Below are positions 13,011-28,630 of a DNA stretch of 64,000 bases, piece by piece. The notes below the pieces were generated by a model that did not search any database, had not been told where the DNA came from, and saw only the letters and a program-made list of their open reading frames with translations. The stretch is from assembly GCA_951406725.2 (NCBI GenBank), contig OX597823.1, positions 43,400,001 to 43,464,000 on the forward strand, given 5' to 3'. This stretch comes from Octopus vulgaris. Taxonomy: Eukaryota. The translations under genes were made by a program, and so were the position numbers. Numbering within the stretch: position 1 is the first letter of the stretch; each line of letters opens with the position of its first letter.

Positions 13011-13712
13011 TCAAATCCAATAGAAATGACACTTTTCTATTCTGTAATTTGTGTTTGTGATCAGCGTATTCAAAAATATGATCTTTGATATAAACTTAAC
13101 AGTAAATTTTCCCAGGAATCCTCTTCTTTCCCTGTCGTTTCTAGCATGTCTGAGATGATGCAGGGTCCTGGGTTCCCGAGTATTTTCCATGCAATCGAGT
13201 ATGGAATCTCCTCCTCTTGTAATTGCCAGATATGGCTGGCCAGCGAGGTCACGTATCTCCTTTCCAGGATTCTGAAGGAGGGCGGATGATTTGAAATATG
13301 CACCACACGTACTTCTAAGAGTGCATGGTGTCGCTGTGCCTGTTGCTGCTGTCGTTGCGCCTGTTAATGCTGCATGGGCTGCTGTTGTTGACGCAGCAAC
13401 AGCAGCAAAAGGCACACCAGCAAAGGTAGCAGCAACAGCAGCACCTGCAACAATACCAAGGCCGAATGGTAACAATCATTTACGATCTTGGTGCTTTGGT
13501 GACTGCAAGATGGCAGCGCGGCAGACGATCGATGGACAATAGCAAAGGGAGATAATGACCTAGGGTTTTACCCTTAAAAAAGCTTTCCCCATCCATATTT
13601 TAAATAGGTCTCAAGCCAGCAATGTTTACGGTCTGAAGATATGCCGTAAGGATAAACCCATTATGAGCGAGAAACCAAGAGTAACCCCATAAACCGGTGT
13701 ACCCCCACTATC
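13011..13712 (-). mobile_element. Penelope-like element relic: GIY-YIG endonuclease C-terminal fragment plus inverted terminal segment
   Basis: ORF 13070-13306(-) SNHPPSFRILERRYVTSLASHIWQLQEEEIPYSIAWKIL matches the PLE pattern NHxxSF...TxLSxHIWxL.....YxIxWxIL. Orientation flips at about 13390, a plus-strand HHR follows at 13624-13694, and the element ends in (TA)n. Confidence 0.8.
13624..13694 (+). ncRNA. Type I hammerhead ribozyme motif, Penelope-associated, partly degenerate
   Basis: gtttacggt-CTGAAGA(13633-39)-stem II-GAAA(13671-74)-C caaga G-TA(13682-83)-accccataaac; stem I pairs ggt/acc and gttta/taaac. Confidence 0.6.
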
Positions 13713-13764
<52 letters not shown>

Positions 13765-13767
13765 TTA

Positions 13768-13944
13768 TGCGCAGGGGTGACTGTGTGGCAAGCAGCTTGC
13801 TTCCCAGTCACATGGTTCCAGGGTCAATCGCATTGCGTGCTACCTTGGGCAAGTGTCTTCTACTATTGCCTTGTGAGTGGATTTGGTACAAGGAAACTGA
13901 GAGAAGCCTGTCGTGTATATATATATATATACATATACATATAA

Positions 13945-14007
<63 letters not shown>

Positions 14008-14200
14008 TCCTCTTGCCATCGCTTGACAACCGATGCTGATGTGTATACATACCCGTAACTTAGCGATTCTGCCAAAGAGATCGATAGAATAATTACTAGG
14101 CTTACAAACAATAAGTCCTGGCTGATTTGTTCAACTGAAGACGATGCTCCAGCGTGACTGCAGTCAGAGGACTGAAACAAGTATAAGAGTGAAAGAGTAA
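13768..14200 (+). mobile_element. SINE family A, full-length
   Basis: Colinear with 6594-7012, including the internal microsatellite and AAAGAGT tail. Confidence 0.88.
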
Positions 14201-14985
14201 TATATATAAATTAATAATTAACGAGAACAAGGATTTATATACCTAGCTTTATTCTGCATGGAATCACATCTTTCCATTTCTCGAAGGATAAAATACATTT
14301 ACTGACCACTGATCCATTCTTGGACAGCTAGTTACTTGTTTTTTCTAACCAGCAAAAGGTCAGAATTTAAACTATTTTTAGAATATTAACACCACGTGTA
14401 TGAAATATTTTCGTTGGACTTGTATCTGGTTCAGATGGGTCTGAAATGCACCCCGAAGAAGCAACAATTAACGCCAAAATGCACATCAAGATGCAAAATT
14501 TTGTAGTGAGCACTAAGCTGCCACAGAAACATATGAAGGTGCAGAAATGGAAAGACGTGATTGACTGCAGAAGAAAACTGGATATATAACACTCTGTTCT
14601 CTTTACTTGTTAATTTATTATTTATTCCCTACCTGACAACATGCAGTCTCTATAAAAATTTATGGATTTACCGTTGTGAAGATCTACTGAGGATAGCAAA
14701 GTAAACTACATTATTAACCGGTCAAAGTGAATACGATACTTGCTAGGATTGTATATCCCTACCAACGTAATTTGGAAATTGACCTTAAACACACGCACTC
14801 ATAATAATAGCGATTTCTGATAAGGGCTGGAGATCAACAGACAATTGGTTCTATACTTCATAGACCGTGGTAAAATGAAATGTGAATCGAACTGGACAGA
14901 ATTTGAATTCGAAAGTAGAGAGGTCTCCACACCTCAATAGCTTCTGCCAATTCATCACCTGCCATACAGGTATATTACAAGAGTT

Positions 14986-15205
14986 GTGAAGGTGCATGGT
15001 CAAGTAGTAAGTATGAGCACTCACAACCGCAAGGTCTTGGTTTTTATACCCAGACAGGTCGGTGCGTTGTGTTCTTGATTAAAAAACACTAGCTTTCACG
15101 CGACTCATCATGATCTGGGCAAGTAGTATCAATTTGATGGAGAGAATGAGCTAATACACGGCACAAACATTTGATGACTATAAACAAATGATTTGCACAA
15201 ATTCT
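14986..15205 (+). mobile_element. tRNA-derived SINE family C
   Basis: gtgaaggtgcatggtcaagtagtaag...ctcacaacc...gcgttgtgttcttgatt..aacact..tttcacg; antisense homologues at about 26278-26420, 27750-27967, 46060-46275 and 59105-59235. Confidence 0.7.
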
Positions 15206-16161
15206 TCAGTAATACTCAGCTGTTGTTAATTTGAGCGGAGCCCAACATTACATGGGAAAAGTTTTAAAATATCGGTATGCAGTGCTGATTGAAATAAATG
15301 TTCATCAGAATTTAATTGGTGCTTCTTTCATTGATACATATAATAACGATGTTCACACCAGCGAGATTTGAAGCAAGAAAGTTATGGGACGTAATAAAAT
15401 GTAACGTGGTTATGTGGTTCGACATATACCTCGATATATCTCTTGTCTGCAAATTCTGCAATGACTCCTTCCTTAGGAAATATTCGTAAGGGAACTGAAG
15501 AAAAATATTGATACTGGGGAAAAATATTTATACTGGAGAAAAATCCTGGTACCAAGTTTTATTGACTCGCAATTACTATAGTAGAATGAAAAGTAAGAAT
15601 AATAGCGGCATAAAGAAATTTATATGGAACTTCAATAGCAACAGCAACAAATGCACAGCAGTGACTACAACTGCAGAGTAGAAACAACGTTATTATAATC
15701 ACGTTCTACTGTTATGAACTTTAATGCATATAAAAGTGCATTTTATTTCATGTATATCGAGATGCGCCCATTCTTTCATATTTATGCGATTTCTACAATA
15801 AAGAAACACTCCATACAAATGAATCCGAGTAAGCTTTAAGATATCTCATTGAGACTGAACTCTGGGTGTACGTTTACTTACGGTATGAAGAGCCATAGGA
15901 TAATGAAAGTGAAATATGTAACACCCGCTCTTTTGTCATGTATGTATTTAGTGATAATTCGCTCTGTAACTGACCTAATGGGTTACCGTGAAATATAAGT
16001 ACACTGACATCTAACAAGTATTTATCAGTATTACTACAACCAAACACAACTGAAATACACACACACACACACACACTCACACACACACGTGTACACACAC
16101 TAGCATACATACATACATGCATGCATACATACATACATACATACATACATACATACATACA

Positions 16162-16193
<32 letters not shown>

Positions 16194-16471
16194 AACATAC
16201 GTATGTTTGTGTGCGTGCATGTGTGTGTGAGAGTGTGTGTTTAATATTCAAGTTCTCTGGATAATTTTATATTCATTTATATAAATCTAAGAGTAGTATT
16301 TAGTAAGTCCTTTTCAAGATAATGTATGGAGAATACATTTGTGAAGAATTTTGATATTCATAATTGAATATGCCCATTTATACAAATATCCACATGATTA
16401 TATGCGTCCATCTACAAATCTGTGTGTGCGTGTGTATGAGTATGTATTTATCTGTACATCTCTTCCTCTTT

Positions 16472-16521
<50 letters not shown>

Positions 16522-16574
16522 TGTATGTATGTATATATATATATATATATATGTCTGTCTCTATCTATCTATCT

Positions 16575-16790
<216 letters not shown>

Positions 16791-17576
16791 AGATTGATAG
16801 AGACATACCGTGATGACGTCAATGCGACAAAAGAAATTTAACAAGTGCAACAACGAACAACAAACAGAACAAAGGATGTTATAACGTAAAATAAGATAAC
16901 GAAAGTGATAGATGCTTTCTCTCCATAATAGGTTGTGAAACTCGTCACTCCATCGAGTAACTGTCAAATATGCCTTCAGTCCCATTCATCCTACATTTGT
17001 CCCCTCCCCTTGCCTACTATATTCTAAGTGACTGTTCTCAGTGTAAATTCAAACTCACCGAAGAACAATGCTTTATAGCTTTAAATCTTCCGTTTGACGG
17101 TGAATGTAGTTCTTAATTGTTAAGATTATCTTTAACTCATCCAAGATTCGAGGTTGCTAAATTTTAAACTCACTTACTGCTAAAATTGTCTCTATTTTCA
17201 TTGTAAGACATAGTAATATGAACCAAATTGTCTACGCATTAAAAAAAAAAAGTGTCTATTGTGTATGATAAAACATATTCATTATCTTGGTATATTCAAC
17301 GAAGGGCCAATTTTAGTGGACTATTTGGGGAGAAATCTATTGAACGGAATGAAAAAAATCTATGTCAAAAATGGTCTTTTCCACTATGTATGATAATAAG
17401 ATCTGATTATTTATATGTAAAGTGCTAATACTAAGTTTCCATGGTAAATAGTCGTGCAATCTGTCTGTGACGTCTTCGCTTACAAACTTTCAAGTGTCTT
17501 GTCGCCTTGCTAACTAAATACAGAGAATTACTTCACATGATTCACACACAGATGCAAGCGTCGATTGCACGTATAC

Positions 17577-17607
<31 letters not shown>

Positions 17608-17840
17608 CATACATACATACATACATACATACATACATACATGCATACATACATACATTCATACATACATACATATGCATACATACACGCACACTCACAC
17701 ATACACATACGTATGTGTACGAGACACAAATAAGCAATAGCAAAATTATGTGTGCATGCACATGTGTGCGCGCGTATGTGTGTGTATACATGTATGTGTA
17801 TATAGTGTATGTACTGTATGTATGAATATATAGATAGATG

Positions 17841-18440
<600 letters not shown>

Positions 18441-19240
18441 TGTAGCACCAACAAATTATTCCTCGGGAGCTCAGATATGCTTCTGCTGTCCATCTCTACA
18501 AAAGAAAGAAAATCAGGCTTCCTTATGCCAACCACCGAAGAATTTATCACCTTCCCATCGCTGACTTAGTACTCGTAAAGGTCATCTTTGTCTTCCTTGC
18601 TCAGCACATGAAAAACGGGTATGAGTGGGACTTCAAAGAGAGGCGTGGGTTAGACCACATGATATTTGCGGCACATCAACGACAGAAATGTCAGGAACAG
18701 AACAGAGATCTGTACATGACGTTTTTTTTTTTTTAGTCAACTGTGGCCTTTGACATCGTCGGTCGTGAGATACTCTGGAAGATCACAGGAAACTTCGGCT
18801 GCTCGGACGAATTCATCAGCATAATGCGTCAGATACATGACAACAAACCCGCTCAAGTACTGGATAGTGAAGATTCTTCCGACGCATTCTTAGTCACTAA
18901 TGGTGTCAAGCAGGGCTGTCTACTCGCACCTACACTATTCAGCATGGTGTTCTCAGCCATGGTATCGGATGCCTTTGCAACGTCGTTGAAACCAGTATCA
19001 AGATTAAATTCAGGAGAGATGGCACACTCGCCAACTTGCGGAGACAGCAGGCCAAGCCGGGGAGAAAACGGCTCTGCGTGCGATTTCCTGTTCACAAATG
19101 ACAGCCCATATAACACCGCCAAGAGTTTCAGATGTTGCAGAGAATTAACTGCTTTTCCACTGCCTACGAAAACATTGGTCTCACAATCAGTACTCCGAAT
19201 ACAGAGTTCATGAACCAACATGCCCCGCAGAAGTATAATG
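18441..19240 (+). pseudogene. RTE-clade reverse transcriptase fragment, inverted relative to the 3' end
   Basis: IPRELRYASAVHLYKRK...NHRRI...AFDIVGREILWKI..FGCSDEFI...VTNGVKQGCLLAPTLFSMVFSAM...GLTIST..TEFM; frameshifts, and the catalytic FADD has decayed to FTND. Confidence 0.9.
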
Positions 19241-19347
19241 TGGTATTCTATTAAATGCAATCAAGTGTGAATACACACATATTTATGTACAAGTACATAT
19301 ATAACACGCATAGATATATGTGTGTATATGTGTGTGTGTGTGTATGA

Positions 19348-19378
<31 letters not shown>

Positions 19379-19922
19379 TACTTCACTGAAAGTGTGGAGT
19401 AATTCTACGATTTCATGTTAAATTGTTTCTATAACTAGATAAATAGAGATACATACATACATATATACATACATACATACATATGTAAATACATACATAC
19501 TTACATACATATCTGCTGACAGATATGAATACATGCATGCATACAGAGAGAGACTAATACATGTGCATTTTGTGCCTAGAAAATTTTATGGAATGTAGAA
19601 CAGAATCCATGTGTTCTTAAGGAACGTGTATATATCGCTAAAATATTCCATCTAATAAGCTGCTCTGAATTAAGCTAAAGGGCTGGAATATGCGAAAAAG
19701 TTTGATATGAATGTATGTCAGTGTGAGAGAAAGTATATATATGCATCGGTAAGCCTGTGCTTTTCCACGCATGTGTGCATGTACGAATCAGATAAGTAAA
19801 GGGCGAGAGAGAAAGAGAGAGAGAGATAGAGGAAGATATATATTTACATGTATATGTATGTATATACATATATATGTATGTATATATATACGTGTATAAA
19901 TATGTGTGTATATATAAATTTA

Positions 19923-19957
<35 letters not shown>

Positions 19958-20005
19958 TTACATACATATATGTATGTATATATACATGCATATATAAACA
20001 TGTAA

Positions 20006-20066
<61 letters not shown>

Positions 20067-20832
20067 TGCATACATACTTATATACATACAAGCACATGTC
20101 AGCAGATGCAAACATAAAATGTTGATATTTCTGTATTTCTAGTGGTGTGCATCTAATTTTCACGTGATTGCGCATGTCTGTATTATGTATGTGAATGTGG
20201 CTGAGTGCAAATGCGTTTTTAAATCTGTTAAGTATTGAAATGGGAATTTCTCATCGGAAATGATTATTTTCTGCTAATATGTGTTGTGCAGAAATCGCTT
20301 ATGTGGACGCATGCGCACTAACGTTTTAAAGTGAAAATTGAAAGGAAATATACATACCCATTCCTGAATATATGTGCGTGAATACTTGTTAGCTGAGTGT
20401 GCATATATCAGTGTCTGTCTGTGAGTGTATGCCTATGTCTGTGAGTATGTGTGTGTCTCTGAGTATGCGAATGTGTATGTATGAGCTCTTGCAGGCCCAC
20501 GTTTCTTCGGAGAAATTGGGTTTAAAATGAAATAAAATAAAAATATTAATAATGTGTAGAAAATATACAAAAAAAAGTTGCAAGTAAGTTATCTATGTAG
20601 GTTGCTTCTAAGAAAATATATGCTTCTAAATGTTAATAGAACTAGCAGGAAGATCCCCACTGAAGGATAATGCCCTGGAGTTCCTGTATGTATGTATGTA
20701 TGTATGTATGTCTGTATGTATGTATGTATGTATGTATGTATGTATGTATGTATGTATGTATGTGTGTATGTATGTATGTATGTACGTACGTACGTATGTA
20801 CGTATGCATGTTTGTATGTATGTATGTATGTT

Positions 20833-21160
20833 CGACGGGGTACCCATAAAAACTAGAATTTTGCAATATTTTATTCACTTCATTTTACATGTTTACACTT
20901 TTATCACCTTCAATTTATTCTCCATTTGAAGCAATCCATCGGTCTAGTACTCTTACGATGTGATGTCTTTTAACACCGTCTTTTTTCTTCATCTCTTCTA
21001 CATCTGCAAATTCCGTAGCACCAACGTTCGTCACCGGTGTTGACCTTTGTTTTGCTGCAACTATTTTCATTAGAAATTCCTCGCTCAAATTCTTTGGCAG
21101 GTACTCCAGTACACACCAGTCATATCAAGTTTCTCAGTTGTTCGTCGACGGCTTTTACGT
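20833..21160 (-). mobile_element. Internally deleted mariner relic with 3' TIR
   Basis: Minus-strand pieces RRRTTEKLDMTGVYWSTCQRI, LSEEFLMKIVAAK, KVNTGDE, FADVEEMKKK, LDRWIASNGE*IEGD; end cgacggggtacccataaaa. Confidence 0.7.
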
Positions 21161-21379
21161 TAGTTAAAGGACTCTAATGCCCAATGGTCTATCGTGGTCA
21201 CGTAAGTGTAGTAATATCTTTGCAACAACAGATAAATGCCATCAGAGTGTGGTGTAAGACGTGATTGTGGGTAGTGTGCCTGTGGAATCAATGAAATACA
21301 GGAATGGAGAAGTTAGTCTGTTGGGACAACAAGCCCCGTCTAGAATGGTATACCAGGATTATCCGTTGTCTGTTGATCG

Positions 21380-22349
21380 CTACTGCAGCATGTTTGACTA
21401 TGCGCTTCCTTTCTAGGAGGCTGACTATTTGGCAAATTCGCTTCGCAGGGGAATAAGGTGGATCCTTATTAAGTATACCTCATTAGACGTTGGAGAAAGT
21501 AGCGCTGTGGTTGCGAAATCCCCGAATAAAGCAGGACAAAGAGGAAGAGTTTTCCCTCTTCATACATCTGTTAGAGTGCCTAGGCTGTGAGTATTTTCTT
21601 TTGCAGACGTTGTCCGACATGCCTGTGTAATGCGCCGCTAGACCATCTTGTGGTGTGAGAGTAACTCTACAGAAAGAGTGTTTTGAGAGGCAGGATCTTC
21701 ACAGCAGAAAGTCTGTAGTATTTTGGATGTTGACTGGGGTGAGTCTGAGAAGAGTGTGAGTATTTACTTCTCTTGTAGCATGCGGTTTTGAAATTGATGT
21801 AGTCTAAAAATATATAGCATGTTTGGAATTAAAGATTTTAACTTATCCATGGGATCTAGAGAAATATTGTATAATTTCAGAAGACTCTTGGGTGTATTGT
21901 TGAGACATATAGGCTAATTGGAGGTTTACACCACACAAGTTTTAGTTTTCTGTCTCTTTCATTGTTTAGGGCGCAGTAAGGAGATTGTTCATGTATGCTA
22001 CCTTCTCAGTAAAACATTCCTTGCTAGTGCTTCGTTAGAATAGATCAGAAGTGACTCCCTGACTTTCAGGGTGATTCTTCCTCCATTGATGTACTTCGAT
22101 GCTTGGTTTGTTGTAGAGGCCGTCCAAGAGACGTAATGTGACATAAATGTTTGGGGATGAAGTTAAGCCTCTGATTCTTTGGTTTTAATTAATATAGAGA
22201 CAGTCGAAATTCCTTTTCAGTGCATCGTCATGCATTGTGCGAAACATCAGACCAATGAACAGATGTTTCTATTGGTGTGTAGCTTTCTCTTATGTTACAA
22301 TGATAAAGGAATATTTTTATTTTGTTGAACTCCATTCTTATATTCATTT
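21380..22349 (-). mobile_element. Penelope-like element relic (RT-EN linker and GIY-YIG C-terminus) with a plus-strand terminal-repeat tail
   Basis: Minus-strand RDRKLKLVWCKPPISLYVST (about 21900-21957; cf. RxRKIIWFNPPYS), QYFSRSHG*VKIFN, FIRGFRNHSATF, PYSPAKRICQ..LLERKRI. Confidence 0.65.
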
Positions 22350-22841
22350 GTAATATAAAAGGAAGGTCGAAACACTTATTCATGCCATTCATAATTTTGG
22401 CATTTACCTTTATGTCGTTCAGGTGGTATTTTAGTCTTCCTGTGAATCAATTAAATACGCTTCAAATTTCCTTAACAAAACAGATCACAGCAAATAGACA
22501 TCAGTATGCATGAATTTACGTATTATGATCATATGTATGTATTTATGTATATAAGTTTATATGTATGTATTTGTGTATTTATCTGTGTATTTATCGGTGT
22601 TCTCTTGTATTTTTAATTATTTGAATTCTTCTTGGTGTTCATAACAAAGCTACAATGCTCCATCCCTGGAAAGTAGATAACAAAAACAATATCACACGTT
22701 GAATGTGAGAAAATTCATGCATGGTTTTACTGTTCCGCTTGCAAATTATAATTGCAAGGTGCGTATTAGCTGGTTGATTTCTTTTCCTGAAAACCCCATC
22801 TGTTCCAGGTGTCACTGTGGCATTTATTGTATATTTACTGT

Positions 22842-23302
22842 ATCTTATCAATTTTTTCTTCGTTCAGTCATTGGATCGTGACCGTGCTGGGGCAGAGCCT
22901 TGAAAGGTTTAGTCGAACAATTCGATCCCAGTTCGTATTTTTGGAGTCTGGTAATTATTCTATATTTCGCTATTGCTGGGATATAAGCAAAGAGCAAACC
23001 AATGCAAATTGTCCAACAGATACACTCACGAACACAAAGAGACACACTTATATATGTATACATACATATACATATATATGTGTGTGTGTGTATAGATAAA
23101 CACATATAAACATACGCACACGCACACACACATATACATATACGACGGGCTTTCACTCAGTATGTCTTCTACAAAATTGGTCCTTAATGCAGTGCTCAGC
23201 ACGGTGTTATAGATAATTGCTCAAGGTGCCTCGCAGCGACATTGATTACAAAACTGAGTGATTGCTAGGCGAGCTTCTTGACCAGACAGCCATGCCTGTG
23301 CC
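22842..23302 (-). mobile_element. SINE family A, antisense, diverged
   Basis: Reverse complement is colinear with 6594-7012. Confidence 0.8.
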
Positions 23303-23566
23303 GATATGTACGTATTTATTTATATGTATGTTTGGGTGGATGGATGGATGGATGGATGGATTGATTTTTGTATTGTGTGTATTATTTGAATTTGTTTTGA
23401 CCTGCTTCCTTCTCGGTGGCAAGGTTGCATAAACTTATTTCTCGTTAAAAATCCGGTCTTGTATTTCACGTCAGCTTTTGCGTACATATGTGTATATATG
23501 TATGTATGCCTGTGTATATATGTATACATGTATTTTATATGTATGCACACTTATGTTTTATGCACG

Positions 23567-23604
<38 letters not shown>

Positions 23605-23879
23605 CACATACATATACATTTGTATGTGCTAATGTGCATATTTGTTCGCTGTGTGTAATTCTTTTTTACTTGTATTTTTCGCAAGAATGTAGGAATACAA
23701 TCCGTTGCATTGAGAGAACTTGATGGAAAAAGAATTGGAAACAGGCGAAGTAGGGTTGATTGGATGGTATCTCTACTGTCAGATCCAGATTTCTTATCGT
23801 AGATTGCAAATATAAAGTGTAGATAGGTATAAAGATAGGTATTGAGGCAGGTACGCTGTTTAGTAAATAGTTAGACAGC

Positions 23880-24203
23880 GAAGCAGAGAGAGAAAGAGAG
23901 TTCGATGCATAGACGGACGGATTGATAGGGGTAGATAGATAAGTAAATGGATGCATGGATAGATAAAGAAATGAATAGATAGCTACAGAGATAAGGAGGT
24001 GGAGAGGGAGAGAAAGAGAGATAGGCAGATAAACAGATAGGCAGATAAAGACCGATAGATGGATAAATAAGTGAGTAGATAGTTAAAGTAAATAGACGAA
24101 TGAATAGATATATAACAGGATAGAGGAATGCATCGCTAATGTGATAGACAGACAGATAGATAGATATATGGACAGAGAGAGGGAGAGAGACACACAGGCA
24201 GGC

Positions 24204-24290
<87 letters not shown>

Positions 24291-24329
24291 CAGATAGACA
24301 TATAGATAGATAGGTAGACAGATAGACAT

Positions 24330-24412
<83 letters not shown>
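23880..24412. repeat. Decayed then pure (GATA)n tract
   Basis: Direct reading. Confidence 0.93.
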
Positions 24413-24778
24413 GTTTATGCAGCAATTCAATGCAAAAATATATTGATATTATTTTTTTAAGTTTTCTACACGTAGATACACGTAGACATTTTTTGTGCAG
24501 TAGGAATCATTTTTTTAATAATTTCATGCACAAACTTATACACGTAGTCATATACATGTGTGCAAGGGTACGGGGAGCATATGTAAATGTGTACGGGAAG
24601 TGCATATATGTCGGGTAAGGTGCGTGCGTATGTCTGTGTGCGTGTGAGTTAAAAACAGAGTTATGAAATGGAGAAGGATATGTAAGATACGTAGAAATAT
24701 CTTGATAGACGGATTTCATGTACAAAATATTTTCTTCTTAATATTATGTATTTTATGAATTTATGTAAAATATGTATA

Positions 24779-24872
<94 letters not shown>

Positions 24873-25230
24873 TCTATGGAGAGAGAGAAAGAGAGAGAAG
24901 GAGGGAGAGAGTGGAAGAGAGAAATAGTAAATGCATATATTACTATATAAACATATATCTGTATATATGTGTATGGATATATATGTATATGTATGTATGC
25001 ATATATATATGCGTGTGTATGTATGTGTGTGTACTATATGTATAAATCCTTAAAAATGTTTTAGCCCGAAGGCCGCAGCCATGCTGGGGCACCATGTATG
25101 TATGTATGTATATATATACATTATACATATATGTATATATATATAAGTACACTGTATATTTGTATTTATATTTGATATATATATACATATATATATATAT
25201 GTATATATATATATGTATGTATCTACACAG

Positions 25231-25267
<37 letters not shown>

Positions 25268-26439
25268 CACATACATACATACGAGTGTGTGTCTGTGGGA
25301 GTGTGTATGTGTGTGTATGATAGGAGAAAACCGATTGACTTATCGTCCCACACCAGCAGACCTCCCTCTCCACTGCAACTATTGTCTCACTTCCTTCTCA
25401 TGCACACGTGGCCTTTGCTCTACCGATTCACAATAGATTCATAACAAAAGATACCCGAAAAAAATATCCTAATGAACACAACTTATATATCCACTTCACA
25501 ATTCAAAAACACACGCTCTTACCTCTTTATACAGACTTGAAATTGAAAAGAACCCACTTGTATTATACTGTTCTCATCATTCTCAAAAATCAAAAAAAAG
25601 GGTATTTTCACTTGAATGTCTGGTAATATATTGAACGCCGTGAAGAAACGTTTAGTCTCATTCATATTTAATGTTTCCTCAACTGCCTTGCTATCGGTTA
25701 TTAAATATTATAACGCAAAATTATAAGCTTTATTCTTTTTCTTTCTATACCTAATATTTCCCCAACTGCATTTGCGTTGCTTTCTAGATCATTGTTTATT
25801 ATTTTCCTCCATGCTTCAAGCGAATGCAGGAAATTAAAAGGATGTTCATAGAGATAACAACAATATCAGCTATCATAGCTATCACAGAGTGTTTTCTTCT
25901 TTCATTTCCTACATACCAACAGATACTAGACGTTCTCAGTGTTATCATAATTCTAGAATCATGTAGACAGCACGTCGTCTGTGCATACACGATAAGGAAA
26001 TGACAGACCTCAGACACAGAATACAATCACAAATCTTAATTTATACTAATCAAGGTAAAAGTTACATATATTTGTTTGTGTTAATTTGTTTAGGTATTTC
26101 CATGTTTTATGAAGTCATTGTAATAGTAGTACGTTGTCAGAATACGTTCTCCAACGTTTTTTGGAAGCCAATTGAATGTATGTGTTGTATTGAAGGTATT
26201 ATTGATATTTCCTTGACAATAGGGACAATTTATTTACATGCAGTAAGTTTCCTGGATTTCACGCCAGTCCGTCACAGGGTTAATCATTTACTGCTGAATG
26301 GACTCAAGCAACGTGAAATGAAGTGTTTTGCTCAAGAGCACAACTCAACGACCGGTCCAAAAATTGAAACCATGGTTATCCGATTGTGTATGCAACATCC
26401 TAACCAGTATATCACGCGCCTTCTAGAATAGTTTTCGCT

Positions 26440-27364
26440 TTGGACAGATATTTAGCGGCATTTCTTCCGGCTCTTTTCTGAGTTCAAATCATGCTAGAGC
26501 TAGAGTAAACTTTGCCTTTCAGCCGTTTGGTTTCAATAAAATAAAGAAGTACCGGGGTCTAAATAATCGATTTGTCCCTTCCCCTCCAGCATTGCTGGTC
26601 TTGAAGCCTGGTGTCCCGTCACCATTCAGCTGATCTAGAAAACGAGTATTTTTATAAGATTCCCTCATCAATTTATCAACTTTGAATCACAAAATACATG
26701 AATAAAACAGTGTGTGTGTGTATGTCTTCGTGTGTGTTCGTGTGTGTTCGTGTGTGTGTGCGTGCGCATGCGTAAGTGCATGCGCATGTGTGCGCGCGTA
26801 TATGTATATTTATGTTTGTTTGTATAACCTCCACCCTACACCGCTTGCCAACCATTTGTATCCACCACTGTAACTTAGCGGTTCGTTATAAGACGCCATC
26901 AACATAAACATCAGACTTAAAAATATGTACTAGGATTGATTTATTTGACTAAATTCTTCAAGATGGTGCCCCAGCAAGACTGCTGTAGAATGACTGAAGC
27001 AAGTAAAAGATAAAAGATACCCTAAATAAACGAACAATTTATGTAGCTATGACATTATCTTATAACATCACAGGTATCTGGCAATGTACGAAAGATGAAA
27101 AGTAATATATAACATGAAAATAGTGACAATGGTATATAGACTATTAAGCGCTATCCAGGAAAATTATAATTTTCATAATATATAATAGTTGTACTAAAAT
27201 ATTCTGCACATCAGAGGCTGTGATAATCTGCAAAGTATAATTATTGCCATCACGTATTCTCTAATATTTCATCATTGTTTCTTTATAGCTCCGGACCGAA
27301 CAATTCTTTGAGTGGGAATTAGGTAGACAGAGTCTATGTGGAATCCCATCGTATGTGTGTGTGA

Positions 27365-27396
<32 letters not shown>

Positions 27397-27630
27397 ATGT
27401 GTGTGTGTGTATTTTATGTGTGGATGTACCTCATTGGTTTTGCGTTTGATTATTACTGTTTGGCAACTCGTGTTGCTCTGTTTACATCTGCATATCATAG
27501 TGGTTCGATAGAGAGCTCTTGAATAAGTGCCAGATAAAAATAATAGATTCTGTGGTAGATTCGTTCGACTAAAATCTTCAAAGCACTACCACAACACGGG
27601 CACAACCTAATAACTCAAACAAGTAAAATA
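26440..27630 (+). mobile_element. Cluster of diverged SINE fragments (family B about 26440-26610; family A about 26830-27018 and 27290-27630)
   Basis: Motifs ttctgagttcaaatc, gtaacttagcggttcg, ggtgccccagca..actg..tgactgaa. Confidence 0.7.
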
Positions 27631-28588
27631 ATAAGGAATAAAAGGATTAATTAATGATGGGAGTGAATAATGAGAATAAATATTACGCATAGTAGGTATT
27701 GTTCAGTAAATACAGTAAACACTGTTTCGAGTTCTAAGACTCATTGTAACTGTCACCCGGTTTCCGTGGTGCATAAGTGACCAAGATCACATCATTTTCC
27801 CCTGAATACGATGCCAGTCCTTTGAGTTGCAGGGCTGAGTAAACTGGAGCAACGTGAAATGAAGTGTTTAGCTCGAGACCACATTGCACCACTCGGCCCT
27901 GAAATCAAAACCACTACCTTGCGATTGTGAGTGCAATACTCTGGCCTTAAGGTCACAAGATTTCACACAACCGTTCAGAAAGAAAGATAAATAGTATAAG
28001 AATAATTGAAACATAGACCACCATAGGCGAAAACGAATTCACAACACATAAAACTCAAACAACTTAAGATCAAATGAAATTGTCGAAGTCCCTAATTTAT
28101 AACAGAAACCCCTAAATGTTACCCATTGGTATGTAGTAGTGGCATTTATTGACCTGGAAAGTAGATCAAAATCTATACCTTAATGACTGCTGAAGGGGAC
28201 AATAATATCAATTCTCAAGTATATTTTTACAAAGCACAGCCCTAAAACTAATTGTCTACAATTTGATTACCGGCAAAATTCTGGTCCCTTATGTTTAAAT
28301 TCTACAACGGACACAGTAATATACCGGAACACCTACGTAAAAGCATATTACATGGCAAAATCTTGTTCACACATCTGAGACAAGCGCCTAAAACTAGAGA
28401 CCTTTAACTTAATTGCGAATAGCATTCTATCATCTTATGCTTAATTCTACACCAGGCAGTGGAATATACCACCATTTATCGCTATCTCTGTTTATTGAAT
28501 ATTATATTATGTTTATTATACATATTGAAACTTATAAGTTTCCTGGTTAGCATTTCATATCCTATTGGCGACCGTCTCTATTTGCATG

Positions 28589-28630
<42 letters not shown>

